Positions 1 to 9,747 of a stretch of DNA of 20,000 nucleotides are shown one piece after another. Made by a program: the position numbers and the translations under genes. The stretch spans positions 26,286,795 to 26,306,794 of the forward strand of contig NC_057720.1 of assembly GCF_004010195.1 (NCBI RefSeq). The letters are read 5' to 3'. Positions within the stretch are counted from its first letter, which is position 1; each line of letters begins with the position of its first letter. Origin of the DNA: Chiloscyllium plagiosum. Lineage: Eukaryota. Below the pieces are notes generated by a model. The model saw only the letters and a list, made by a program, of their open reading frames with translations. It had not been told where the DNA came from and did not search any database.

Positions 1-36
1 AGGCAGCAACATCAAGCTTGCACAGCTAAAAAGAAA

Positions 37-974
37 CTACGTAAAAACAATGACTGCAGATGCTAGAAACCAGATTCTGGATTAGTGGTCCTAGAAAAGC
101 ACAGCAGTTCAGGCAGCATCCAAGGAGCAGGAAAAATTGACATTTTGGGCAAAAGCCCTTCATCAGGAATACAGGCAGAGAGCCTGAAGGGTGGAGATGG
201 AAGATGAGGCGTTCTTCCTCCAGGCGTCTGGTGGTGAGGGAGCGGCAGTGAAGGAGACCCAGGATCTCCATGTCCTCGGGGGGGGGAAAAAAGAGTTGAA
301 ATGTTGGGCCACAGGGCAGTGTGGTTGATTGGTGCGGGTGTCCCGGAGATTTTCCCTAAAGCGCTCTGCTAGGAGGTGCCCAGTCTCCCCAATGTAGAGG
401 AGACCACATCGGGAGCAACAGATACAATAAGTGATATTGGTGGATGTGCAGGTAAAACTTTGATGGATGTGGGAGGCTCATTTAGGACCTTGGATGGAGG
501 TGAGGGTGGTGGTGTGGCCACAGGTTTTGCAATTCCTGCGGTGGCCGGGGAAGGTGCCAGGACGGGAGGGTGGGTTGTAGGGGGGCATGGACCTGACCAG
601 GTAGTCACGGAGGGAACAGTCTTTGTGGAAGGTGGAAAAGGGTGGAAAGGGAAATATATTCCTAGTGGTGGGGTCCATTTGGAGATGGCAGAAATGTCGG
701 CAGATAATTTGGTTTATGCGAAGGTTGGTAGGGTGGAGGTGAGCACGAGGGGGGTTCTGTCCTTGTTATGGTTGGAGGGGTGGGGTCTGAGGGCAGAGGT
801 GCAAGATGTTGACGAGATGAGTTAGAGGGCATCTTTAACCACATGGGAAGGGAAATTGCCCTCCCCCTCCCTCTCCCTCCACCCTGCAGGCACTCTGCCT
901 ATATTCCCGAAACATCGATTTTACTGCTCCTCGGATGCTGCCTGAACTGCTGTGCTTTTCCAGCACCACTAATT
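37..974 (-). mobile_element. 5'-truncated Penelope-like element (linker + GIY-YIG endonuclease remnant, 3' terminus) with inverted terminal copy
   Basis: The minus strand reads ...PGTFPGHRRNCKTCGH...SFTCTSTNITYCICCSRCGLLYIGETG...LGLLHCRSLTTRRLEEERLIFH, i.e. the PLE Zn-linker and GIY-YIG C-terminus. 872-977 is the reverse complement of 77-197. A perfect 14-bp TSD CAGCTAAAAAGAAA lies at 23-36 and 975-988. Confidence 0.9.
135..170 (-). ncRNA. Degenerate minimal hammerhead-ribozyme-like motif in PLE terminus
   Basis: The minus strand reads AUUC-CUGAUGA-A-GGGC-UUUU-GCCC-AAAAUGUC-AAUU. The GAAACGUC core is altered at CpG positions. Confidence 0.55.
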
Positions 975-1365
975 CAGCTAAAAAGAAAGCCAGGTTTACA
1001 GCAGAAGTTCCTCCTGCATTGTACACTGGCTGTGGCCAGCCAGCTCAGAATCAGTCACCTAAGCTGAGGAGATTCTAAAGCCTTGGTTTTTTTTAATTTT
1101 ATTAAACAATTACAAAAAAAAAAGAGTTTACAGAAAAAGAGTTTACAGCTGTTAACATTTACAGCTGTATACAACAGCAATTTTACAAGGGAGAGGAGCA
1201 GCAAAGCCAGGCCCCAAACCCTACCGTTCAACCAGTTTACAGGAAGTTAGGGCAAACCCCAAATCCCAGTTTCAAATATGAAAAGACATCAATGACATTT
1301 GTACACGAGACAAATCCTGTTACATAAAAGTGCAGACAATACAGACCCAGCATGCCCCCGTCCCT

Positions 1366-1880
1366 CACACCTTCTGACCACTCTAAGGCAGCCTGCCTCT
1401 ACCCACCTTCCAGCTCTCAGTCCACCCCATGCTCCTTCCAGTTCTGTCTAACCTGATACCTTTCGACCACCTCTAGGACAGCCTGCCCCGGTACCTGCCC
1501 AGGGTGAGTGGTCAGGATGGCCTACCCACCTTCTGGCAGTCTGCCCCTACATACCATTGGGCTCTCACTCACCCCTATGCGCCATCCAGCCAGTGGGCTA
1601 TCCTGGCACCTTCCAGCCACCTCTAGGTCAGCCCATACCCTTCCCCAGGGACGACAGCGTGCAGGGTAGCCCACAAGCCTTCCACATCTCAGCCTGCCCC
1701 TATGCGCCTTCTGGCTCTCGGCTGCTCTGACACACCTTCAGACCACCTCTAGGACAGCATGTCCCGATCACCCCTTCTCAGGGCAACTGGCATCAGGGTG
1801 GCCTACCCACCTTCCAGGACAGCCTACCAACCTTCAGGTTCACAGGATGACCTACCCACCCTCTGGCCCTCAGGGTGACA
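1366..1880. repeat. Degenerate tandem repeat, about 4 units of 90-150 bp
   Basis: The anchor ACCTTnnGACCACCTCTAGGACAGC recurs near 1369, 1458, 1608 and 1734. The submotif (G)CCTACCCACCTTC also recurs. Confidence 0.7.
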
Positions 1881-2904
1881 GCTTTCAGAATGACCCATGA
1901 GTCTCCCAGCTCACAGCAAGACCTGCCAGACCTAGGGACACACAAGACAATGCAGATGATAGACCCAACAAACAGCACAATACAGTTAATTACTGAAAAA
2001 CAGAGTCCATTCTGGTATACAGTCCAAATATATTGAGTCTTCAAAATATAGAGTCCATTCCCAGGAATGGAGTCCACTCCAGTTTATGAGGTGTGTTGTC
2101 CAAAATGGAGTTCACTCCAAATTGCAGAGTCCACCACTAAAAAACAGGGTCCCCAACAGAGGGCAGAGTCCTCTCCTGAAGGCAGCAAATGCATAGCACA
2201 CAGGTCTCCATGGAGTCCCGGCCCAGCCTTGGAAAACCAGGTCCACTCGCAAGAACATAGTACAGGTGCAGGTGCAGTTAACTCACAGGGGTTTGGTCCA
2301 CTCCTGAAGGTAAGGGCTTCTCCCAAACTCAGGATACAGCAAGTGCTCACCTCCCAACACACACACATGTGTTCAATCTTCAGAGACCCAGTCCTAGTGT
2401 TAGGCCTCCTCACAGGAACAGCTCCTTTGGTAAAATGTATGTCTTCCACAAGGGCTCAGTCCAAACACCAAAAACAGTGAAGACACATACAAAAAACAAA
2501 GGAAACTAGAGTGCAAAGGCTAAGCTCTACCATAAAATTAACATTTCTCTTTTTTTACTTTTGAGAAAAAGACAAAGAGTAACACACAGGCTGTAACCAG
2601 CCAGTGAAACAACAATCCCCTAATGAGAACTGAGTTACACCTGAAACACATTATGTGCATCAGCAGTTTAACAATCAGTCCTCACTAAAAGGAATGCCAG
2701 TTAACAAACTGGCTAAATAATTCAGCCAGTTCAGGAAATCAGGTTTTTCCTCCTCCAGAAAAAGTAGAAACCAACAGTAACACACTGACTCTAACACCAG
2801 CCAGCATAGAGTCAGTCCCCTAAACTGAGGAGACTCTGAATCTCCTGTTTATGTTGGTCAGCCAGGAGTTCCTTATTGACACAGATTAACAACCTCAATC
2901 AAGA

Positions 2905-3212
2905 GGTGGTGTGATGGCTCAGTGGTTCGCACTGCTGCCTCACAGCACCAGAGATAATGGGTTCAATTCAAGCAACTATCTGTGTGGAGTTTGCACATTG
3001 TGTCTGTGTGGGTTTCCTGCAGGAGCTCTGGTTTCCTTCCATAGTCCAAAGATGTGTAGGTTACATGGACCGGCTATGCTAAATTGCCCATAGCATCCAG
3101 TGATGTGCAGGCTAGGTGGGTTAGCCATGGGAGGGATAGGGTGAGATGCTCTTTAGAGGGTTGGCATGGACTTGTTGGGCCAAATGGCTTGTTTCCATGC
3201 TATAGCAGTCTC
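2905..3212 (+). mobile_element. HE1-like (V-SINE family) tRNA-derived SINE
   Basis: A-box TGGCTCAGTGG, B-box GGTTCAATTC, central TGTGTGGAGTTTGCACATT...GGTTTCC, and LINE-like tail GGACTTGTTGGGCCAAATGGCTTGTTTCC. Confidence 0.85.
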
Positions 3213-3495
3213 AAATTTTTAAGTGCATGTGCAAGTCACCACTAGGTTTAGTCACAGAGTTCGAAATGTCAGCATTATATATAAAGAGGTATTAGAATAC
3301 ATCATCAAGGAATCTTACAGACAGTGAATACAATACTCCAGAAAGAAAATGGATGAGAACTTAGGTAAGAATTTCCAAAGTTGCTCTAAAGTTCAAGCAA
3401 ATTGAAGCAGGATTTTTCCATTACCCTGTGAGAAGATGCTAAAAACATCTGCTGGAGATCACAGCGGGTCAGGCAGCATCCATAGAGAGACAGCA

Positions 3496-3534
3496 AGCTA
3501 ATGTTTTGAGTCTAGATGACTCTTCATCAGAGCT
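3496..3534 (-). ncRNA. Hammerhead-like motif, left arm
   Basis: The minus strand reads AGCU-CUGAUGA-A-GAGUC-AUCUA-GACUC-AAAACAUU-AGCU, with stem I AGCU/AGCU and stem II GAGUC/GACUC. Confidence 0.55.
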
Positions 3535-4025
3535 GAGGTGAAGTGTGGAGCGATAGCATTGATGCTGTAGTTCGGGGGGGGGGATGCTGGTGGAGAAAAG
3601 ATGTTAGTAGTTTACATTAAGTGATTGGAATGTGACAATGGCAAGACAATGGTGTGTCTCCTGCCAGACTTGAAAGGACAGTAACTGGGATGGGGGAAAA
3701 GAAGACATAATAACAAAGAAAGGAAAGTAGTTCACAATTTAAAGGTGCTGAACTCAAATATTAAGTTCAGAAGGCTGTAAAGTGCCTTATTTGAAGTCTT
3801 AAAATTGAGTTCAACACCTTTAAATTGTGAACTATTTCTTTCCTTGTTTGTTATCATGTCCTTCCCTCCCCTCTCCCAGGTAGGAGACACCATTGTTCTG
3901 CCATTCTCACATTCCGATTACTCAATGTAAACTACTAACCTCTTTTCTCCACCAGCACCCGACACTCACTATCCCCACCAACACCCCCCCCGAATTGTAG
4001 TATAAATGCTGCCCCTCCACACTTC

Positions 4026-4064
4026 AGCTCTGACAAAGAGTCATCTAGACTCGAAATGTTAGCT
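4026..4064 (+). ncRNA. Hammerhead-like motif, right arm
   Basis: AGCU-CUGACAA-A-GAGUC-AUCUA-GACUC-GAAAUGUU-AGCU. Together with the left arm it reconstructs an ancestral CUGACGA...GAAACGUU core. Confidence 0.55.
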
Positions 4065-4107
4065 TGCTGTTTCTCCATGGATGCTGTCTGACCCACTGTG
4101 ATCTCCA

Positions 4108-4666
4108 AAGCAGACAGGCAAGATGCTGGAAGAACACAGCAAGCCAGGCAGCATGAGAAGTTGCAGAAGTCGACTTTTTAGGTGTAACCCTTCTTCAGGA
4201 TTGGGGGTGGGTGTGGGGGAAACTGCAGATAAAGGGAGAGGTGGGGACAGGTAGAGGGTACAACCTGGTTGGTCAATGGGAGATAAAGGGAGAGGTGGGG
4301 ACAGGTGAAGACAGGTAGAGGGTACAACCTGGTTGGTCAATGGGAGGAATGAATCCGGCTGGAGACAGGGAGCAGTGGCAGAGAGGGGGAGGGGTTAGGA
4401 AGGGAGTTGGGGGATGGGGATGGAGGTTATTTGAAATTGGAGAACTCAATGTTGAGTCCTCTGGGTTGTAAGGTGCCCAGGCACAAGATAAGATGTTGTT
4501 CCTCCAATAGATGCTGTGGTTTGTTTTGGCAATGGAGGATCCCAGGGTGGTCATGTTGGAAAGGGTCATCTTGGTTGGGAGAATTGAAACGGACAGCGAC
4601 TGGGAGGTTCAGTCAGCCCCTGCGGACTCAGCTACAATGCTCAGTGAGCCGTTCCCTAAGTTTACG
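4108..4666 (-). mobile_element. Second PLE (GIY-YIG C-terminus + 3' end) nested in the right arm of the 3454-4727 element
   Basis: The minus strand reads RKLRERLTEH...LPVAVRFNS...PGILHCQNKPQHLLEEQHLILCLGTLQPRGLNIEFSNFK*. TSD CTGTGATCTCCA at 4096-4107 and 4667-4678. A hammerhead-like motif lies at 4168-4202. Confidence 0.88.
4228..4346. repeat. Tandem duplication (~55 + 64 bp) in PLE 3' UTR
   Basis: ATAAAGGGAGAGGTGGGGACAGGT...AGAGGGTACAACCTGGTTGGTCAATGGGAG occurs twice. Confidence 0.85.
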
Positions 4667-5042
4667 CTGTGATCTCCAGCATTTGTTGCTTTCAGTATAG
4701 ATTCCTGCATCTGTAGTAATTTGTTCCTGCTAAAAAACATCTGCTTGTTCGCTCACTGGAAAATTCTTTATCCTCTGATGGGAAACATAAAAGCTCAGTT
4801 AGACAGACTGATTAAAAGTGGCGTATAATTGCATTAAAAGAACCAACATAATGGTGCTCAGAGCGAATAAATATTCCAAAGACAACAGGAGAACTATGAT
4901 TGTATGTGGATCTGAGTTAAACAAAGGAGTTGGCAGGGAAAGACATCTTATTTCATCTGACGACAATAACTTCACAAAACTAAATGTGAACAATCTGTTT
5001 GCAGAATTCCTACAATGTAGAAGCAGACTATCAAGTGCACAT

Positions 5043-5296
5043 TGAAGGGCATCTCACCCAGATCCACACCATCCCTGCATTTCCTATGACAAATCCATCT
5101 AGCTTGCATGTCCCTCAACACTATGGTGCAATTTAGTGTGGCCAACCCACCTAGCCACATGTTCAGACTGTGGGAGGAATCCAGCGCACCTATAGGAAGC
5201 CCACACAGGCATAGGGAGAACATGCAAACTCCATACAAACAGTTGCCTGAGGCTGGAATCAAACCCATGCCTCTGGCAGCTGAGCTACCATGCCAC
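5043..5296 (-). mobile_element. HE1-like SINE (3'-truncated)
   Basis: Reverse complement of the SINE head (GTGGCATGGTAGCTCA...GGTTTGATTCC) and central domain. Confidence 0.8.
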
Positions 5297-5342
5297 ATGT
5301 TCTGGCAGATACCCAGGATTGCTGACTAGATTTATTACATCA

Positions 5343-5688
5343 TGGCAGCACAGCGGCTCAGTGGTTAGCACTGCTGCCTCACAGTGCCAGGGACCTGGGT
5401 TCAATTCTAGCCTTGGGTGACTGTCTGTGTATGTGGAGTTTGTACATGTCTGCATAGGTTTCCTCTGGGTGCTCTGATTTCTTCCCACAGTCAAAAGATA
5501 TTCAGATTAAGTGAATTGGCCATGCTAAATTGCCCATAGTGTTCAGGGATGTGTAGGTTTAGGTGCATTCGTCAGGGGTAAATATAGGGTTGGGGAATGG
5601 GTCTGGGTGGGTTACTCTTCGGAGGGTTGGTGTGGACTTGCTGGGCCAAAGGGCCTGTTTCTACACTGTAGGGATTCCAATTCTAATC
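5343..5688 (+). mobile_element. HE1-like SINE, near full length
   Basis: GGCTCAGTGGTTAGCACTGCTGCCTCACAG head, B-box GGTTCAATTC, and LINE-like tail ending GGGATTCCAATTCTAATC. Confidence 0.9.
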
Positions 5689-7367
5689 ATTCAGGAGGTA
5701 GTACCTCAACTGTCATCTAGGATCTTCTCTGCAGCAGAGGCTTCCCAAAGGGCAATATTAAGAGTTCAGGAAGCGAACAGGGAATCATTTGTGAGCATTG
5801 ACATTCTCGTGCATGGTAACCAAAGAAGGAACACAACCAGGTCATCGGGGACATGTTAAAGGCACTACAAAATATTCCTTACACTAAATGGGACAAGGTA
5901 ATTCTCTAGAATAACACTTACACATCATGCAATCCAAGTCTAAAGCATCACAGTAGATCCAAGGAAGATAGGAGCCATCAGTGAATTCCTGGCATTGGAA
6001 ATGATACAAAGTGCTTCTCAGACATGGTCAACCAAGTGAAAACGTTTATCCCAACTTCATCGGGTTACTGAACACACAAGAGAGGTTTTGAATCAGGAAC
6101 AGACTATCTTTTGAAAGGGTTAAATTACTTCCTACCATCTTCTATTGATGTTTTCGTGAATTACAATCCAAGCTTGCTCTCCATAGTAGCCACAGATCCA
6201 TTATCCATGGGGATAGGAGCCGCCCTTATTCAAGTGCAAAGTGATGGAACAAACAGAAAGGGTCATGTTGAGAGCTTTGATGGATGCTTAGAAAAACTTC
6301 ACAACTATGGAGGAAGAAGCATTCACAGCCACATTGGGATATGAATGGCTCACAGTCTGAAACCCCAGGTTAGGACGGTCACGAAACATTTAGTAACATT
6401 ACTAGGAGTGAAACAAATTTCTAAAATGCTTCCACACAGAAAAAAAATGGTTCAGGCTTAGACTGATGAGATACATGAAGTAACAAAAAATACACTCTTT
6501 ACTGTGAAAGTAGATCAATCAAGTAAAACAAGATCCTAGAGTCCTGACGTACAGCTACAACCAAAATGTTACTGGCAGCTGAGGACAAGCACAAACAAAT
6601 TAGTAGAGATTAGAAGTTTGAAAACAAATGCACAAAAGTCAGATAACACAGTTTGCAAGGGTCATCAAAATATAGTCCAACAGACCAAGTGATGATAAGA
6701 TTCCATCAGCAGAAACAACACTTGATAGTAACGGAGAATTTATTGGTTTAGAACCACATAATGATTATACAAAAGATAATACGAAGAAAAATCTCACAGA
6801 AATTCCACAGGCGATATCTCATTCTTCCAAAGTGCAAAGCAAGAGCACAACATTCAGCTTGATGGTCAGGCATTTCAAAAGGAATATAGGATTACATTTT
6901 GAGCTAAATATGTGTGATATGCAGCCAAGTGCCTACCGAGCTAATGCCTTCATCAGAATTTCTAAAAAGACAATGGGCAAGTCTCACAATGGATTTGTTC
7001 CATTTTAGAGAGAAGATATAATCAGTCTCAGTTTGCATATCCAAGATAGAGCAAAGTGGCAAGACCTTACTCATCCAAAGCAGAATCAGGGATCAGATTA
7101 TGAAAGAGATTCTTCTCCCAGACGAATTAGTATCGGACAATAGGCCTCAATTTGTGAATGAGGATTTCAGGAAGTTCAGTTCTGAGTCAGGCATTAACTA
7201 TGTGACAGGATCTCCACTTCATCCTCAGTCAAGCAGAAAGGCTGAAAGAATAATTAAGATGTGAAGTTGATGCATAAGAATCCAGATTAAGAATTAGTTC
7301 TATTCAGCTACAGAACAACTCCATTGAATAATGAGGACTTGTCAGTGGATTTGTTCATGGGGAGAAG

Positions 7368-7687
7368 ATTAGATTAGATTCCCTACAGTATGGAAACAGG
7401 CTATTTGGCCTGACAAGTCCACACCAACCCCCTGAAGAGTGCCCCACCAAAACCCATTCCCCTAAATAACTAGACCCATTTACTCCTGACTTATGCACCT
7501 AACGCAATGGGCAATTTAGCATGACCAATTCACCTGACCTGTACATCTTTGTATTGTGGGAGGAAACCCACACAGACATGGGGAGAATGTGCAAACTCCA
7601 CACAGACAGTCACCCAAGGGTGGAACCAAACCCAGGTCCCTGGTGTTGTGAGGCTGCAGTGCTGACCACTGAGCCACCATGCTACCC
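7368..7687 (-). mobile_element. HE1-like SINE
   Basis: (ATTAG)n tail at 7368-7380 and reverse-complement head CCACTGAGCCACCATGCTACCC. Confidence 0.9.
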
Positions 7688-7821
7688 ACTAAAAAGTTAT
7701 AAGAGGATGTACCAGCTCTACAATAAAATTACAAACAACTTCTCAAGACCACAAGAACACAAAATGATGAGAGAAAAGCCACATCATTCTTGACAAAAGT
7801 CCACACGACTGAAGAGGACAT

Positions 7822-7940
7822 GCTGGAGGTCTTAAAAAAAAGGCATAACGATAGATAAGTCTCTGGGTCTCGATCAGTTTAGTTTAGGAAATCTGGTCGG
7901 CATAGATCAGTAAGGCCAAATAGCCTGAGATTCTATGACT
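7822..7940 (+). mobile_element. Short CR1-type LINE fragments
   Basis: DKSLGLD resembles the CR1 ORF2 KSPGPD motif. It is followed by the LINE 3' tail-like GGTCGGCATAGATCAGTAAGGCCAAATAGCC...ATTCTATGACT. Confidence 0.45.
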
Positions 7941-8124
7941 GTAAAAAGCAGCAGAGATGGCACAACTCTAGACACAGGGTGAAACCTCCATCAACCTTAA
8001 AATCGAGATCGAAAACTTGATGGGGGAACAGGAAGTCAGAAGGCACAGTTATCAGCTGATATTTTATATGGTCAGTATGACTGAAGGGACATTCTGGAAG
8101 TACAGGAAGACATTGATCTTACTT

Positions 8125-8720
8125 TAGGTGATAGTGAGGACTGCAGATGCTGGAGATTAGAATTAGAGTGGTACTGGAAAAGCACAGCAGGGCAGGCAGG
8201 AAAATCAACGCTTCGGGCAGGAACCCTTCATCAGGAATGAGGCTGGAAGCCTCGGCAGTACAGAAATAAATGAGAGGGGGTGGGGAAGGGGAGAAGGTGG
8301 TTGAGATTGCAATAGGTGGATGGAGGAAGGGATAAAGGTGATAGGTCAGAGAGGAGGGTGGAGCAGATAGGTGGAAAGGAAAATTGACATGTGGGACAAG
8401 TCATGAGGACAGTGCTGAGCTGGAAGTTTTGAACTGGGTTAAGGTGAGGGGAGGGGAAATGAAGAAACTAGTGAAGTCCACATTGATGCCCTGGGGTTGA
8501 AGGGTTCGAAGGCGGAAGATGAAGCGTTCTTCCTCCAGGCGTCAGGTGGTGAGGGAGCGGCGGTGAAGGAGGCCCAGGACCTGTATGTCCTTGGCAGAGT
8601 GGGATGGGGAGTTGAAATGTTTGGCCATGGGGCGATGGGGTTGATTGGTGCGGGTGTCCCAGAGCTGTTCCCTGAAGTGCTCTGCGAAAAGGTGTCCAGT
8701 CTCCCCAATGTAAAGGAGAC
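8125..8720 (-). mobile_element. 5'-truncated PLE (GIY-YIG + 3' end)
   Basis: The minus strand reads LLYIGETGHLFAEHFREQLWDTRTNQPHRPMAKHFNSPSHSAKDIQVLGLLHRRSLTT*RLEEERFIFRLRTLQPQGINVDFTSF. A hammerhead-like AUUC-CUGAUGA-A-GGGU-UCCU-GCCC-GAAGCGUU lies at 8203-8238. Confidence 0.9.
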
Positions 8721-8732
8721 AATGCGGTCAAT

Positions 8733-9130
8733 GTGGCAATGGCCTAGTGGTATCAGTATTAGACTGTCAATCCAGAGACCCAAGCAATGTCCTGAAGAGC
8801 TAGGTTCAAATCCCACCATGGCAGATGGTGTAATATGAATTCAGTAAAATCTGGAAGTAAGAGTCTAATGATGACCATGAATCCATCATTGACTGGGGAA
8901 ACAAACCATCTGGTTCATGAATGTCCTTCACGGAAGGAAACTGCATTCATACCCAGTCTTGGCTAGAGACAAAAAACACTACAGATGCCCAGTCTAGCCG
9001 ACTTGTACCTCTGGACCCACAGCAATATGGTTGACTCTTAACTGCTCTGTGGGCAATTAGGGACAGGCAATAAATACCGGCTTTACCAATGATGCCCTAG
9101 TGATGCCCTCATCCTATCAATGGATTTTTG
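8733..9130 (+). mobile_element. tRNA-derived SINE of a family distinct from HE1
   Basis: A-box TGGCCTAGTGG, B-box GGTTCAAATCC, and LINE-like tail GGGCAATTAGGGACAGGCAATAAATACCGGC. Confidence 0.7.
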
Positions 9131-9297
9131 GAAAGGTGAAGCCGATTATGGTTATCACAGAATCTGCACTACACCAGGTGGTGTACAGAGTGTTATAGCT
9201 ATTCCAAACAATGTACAACACTTTTACACTTGAGATGAAGCTGAAAATGTGTTGCTGGAAAAGCGCAGCAGGTCAGGCAGCATCCAAGGAGCAGGAG

Positions 9298-9334
9298 AAT
9301 CGACGTTTCGGGCATGAGCCCTTCTTCAGGAATG
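9298..9334 (-). ncRNA. Minimal type-I hammerhead-ribozyme-like motif with intact core
   Basis: The minus strand reads CAUUC-CUGAAGA-A-GGGC-UCAU-GCCC-GAAAC-GUC-GAUU. It has the CUGANGA and GAAA boxes, a GUC triplet, and palindromic ACGU in place of stem III. Confidence 0.7.
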
Positions 9335-9710
9335 AGGAAAGTGTGTCCAGCAGGCTAAGATAAAAGGTATGGCGGAGGGACTTGGGGAAGAGTTGGTGGA
9401 AATGCAACAGGCGGAAGGAGGTTAAGGTGAGGGTGATAAGCCAGAGTGGGGGTGGGGCCGTAGAGGTCAGGAAGAAGATTGCAGGTTAGGAAGGTGGTGC
9501 TGAGTTCGAGGGTTGGGACTGAGACAAGGTGGGGGGAGGGCTCAGCACCACCTTCCTAACGTGCAATCTTCTTCCTGACCTCTCCGCCCCCAGCCCCACT
9601 CCGGCCTATCACCCTCACCTTGACCTCCTTCCATCTATCGCATTTCCAACGCCCCTCCCCCAAGTCCCTCCTCCCTACCTTTTATCTTCGCCTGCTTGGC
9701 ACACTTTCCT

Positions 9711-9747
9711 CATTCCTGAAGAAGGGCTTATGCCTGAAACGTTGATT
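9711..9747 (+). ncRNA. Hammerhead-like motif, right arm
   Basis: CAUUC-CUGAAGA-A-GGGC-UUAU-GCCU-GAAAC-GUU-GAUU. The core boxes are retained and stem II has a G-U pair. Confidence 0.6.

Larger units (their letters stand above)
3454..4727. mobile_element. PLE-derived inverted-repeat insertion (arms ~3451-3765 and 3798-4107 continuing at 4679-4727)
   Basis: The arms are reverse complements over ~310 bp with a ~32-bp spacer. The inner end encodes a GIY-YIG C-terminus (GTLQPSELNI.FSTFKL*). TSD TGCTAAAAA(A)CATCTGCT at 3437-3453 and 4728-4745. Confidence 0.85.
3213..7795 (+). mobile_element. Decayed Ty3/Gypsy LTR-retrotransposon pol (RT-RNaseH-integrase), interrupted by PLEs and SINEs
   Basis: Frameshifted motifs occur in Gypsy order. 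Pro-RT linker/RT start: EFPKL...KLKQDFSITL.EDAKNICLF...PLMGNIKAQLD, joined across the 3454-4727 insert. RT: LNKGVGRERHL (~4915) and SSRIFSAAEASQR...IDILVHG (~5715-5820). RNaseH: YNPSLLSIVATDPLSMGIGAALIQVQSDG (~6160-6250). Integrase: RQWASLTMDLFHF (~6970) and PDELVSDNRPQF...VTGSPLHPQSSRKAERII (7118-7256), then YRTTPL...LFMGRRL. Confidence 0.85.

Noticed and set aside
376..825. 149-aa plus-strand ORF
   Set aside because: It is the antisense shadow of the PLE coding strand.
1366..1880. Repeats as a CRISPR-like array
   Set aside because: The units are degenerate and variable in length, the intervening parts are related to each other, and the context is vertebrate.
2696..2731. GCCAGTT/AACTGGC/GCCAGTT short alternating inverted repeats
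   Set aside because: 7-8 bp stems are too short to support a function.
5343..5410. tRNA-like A/B boxes here and in other SINE heads
   Set aside because: They continue into SINE body and tail sequence, so they are not tRNA genes.
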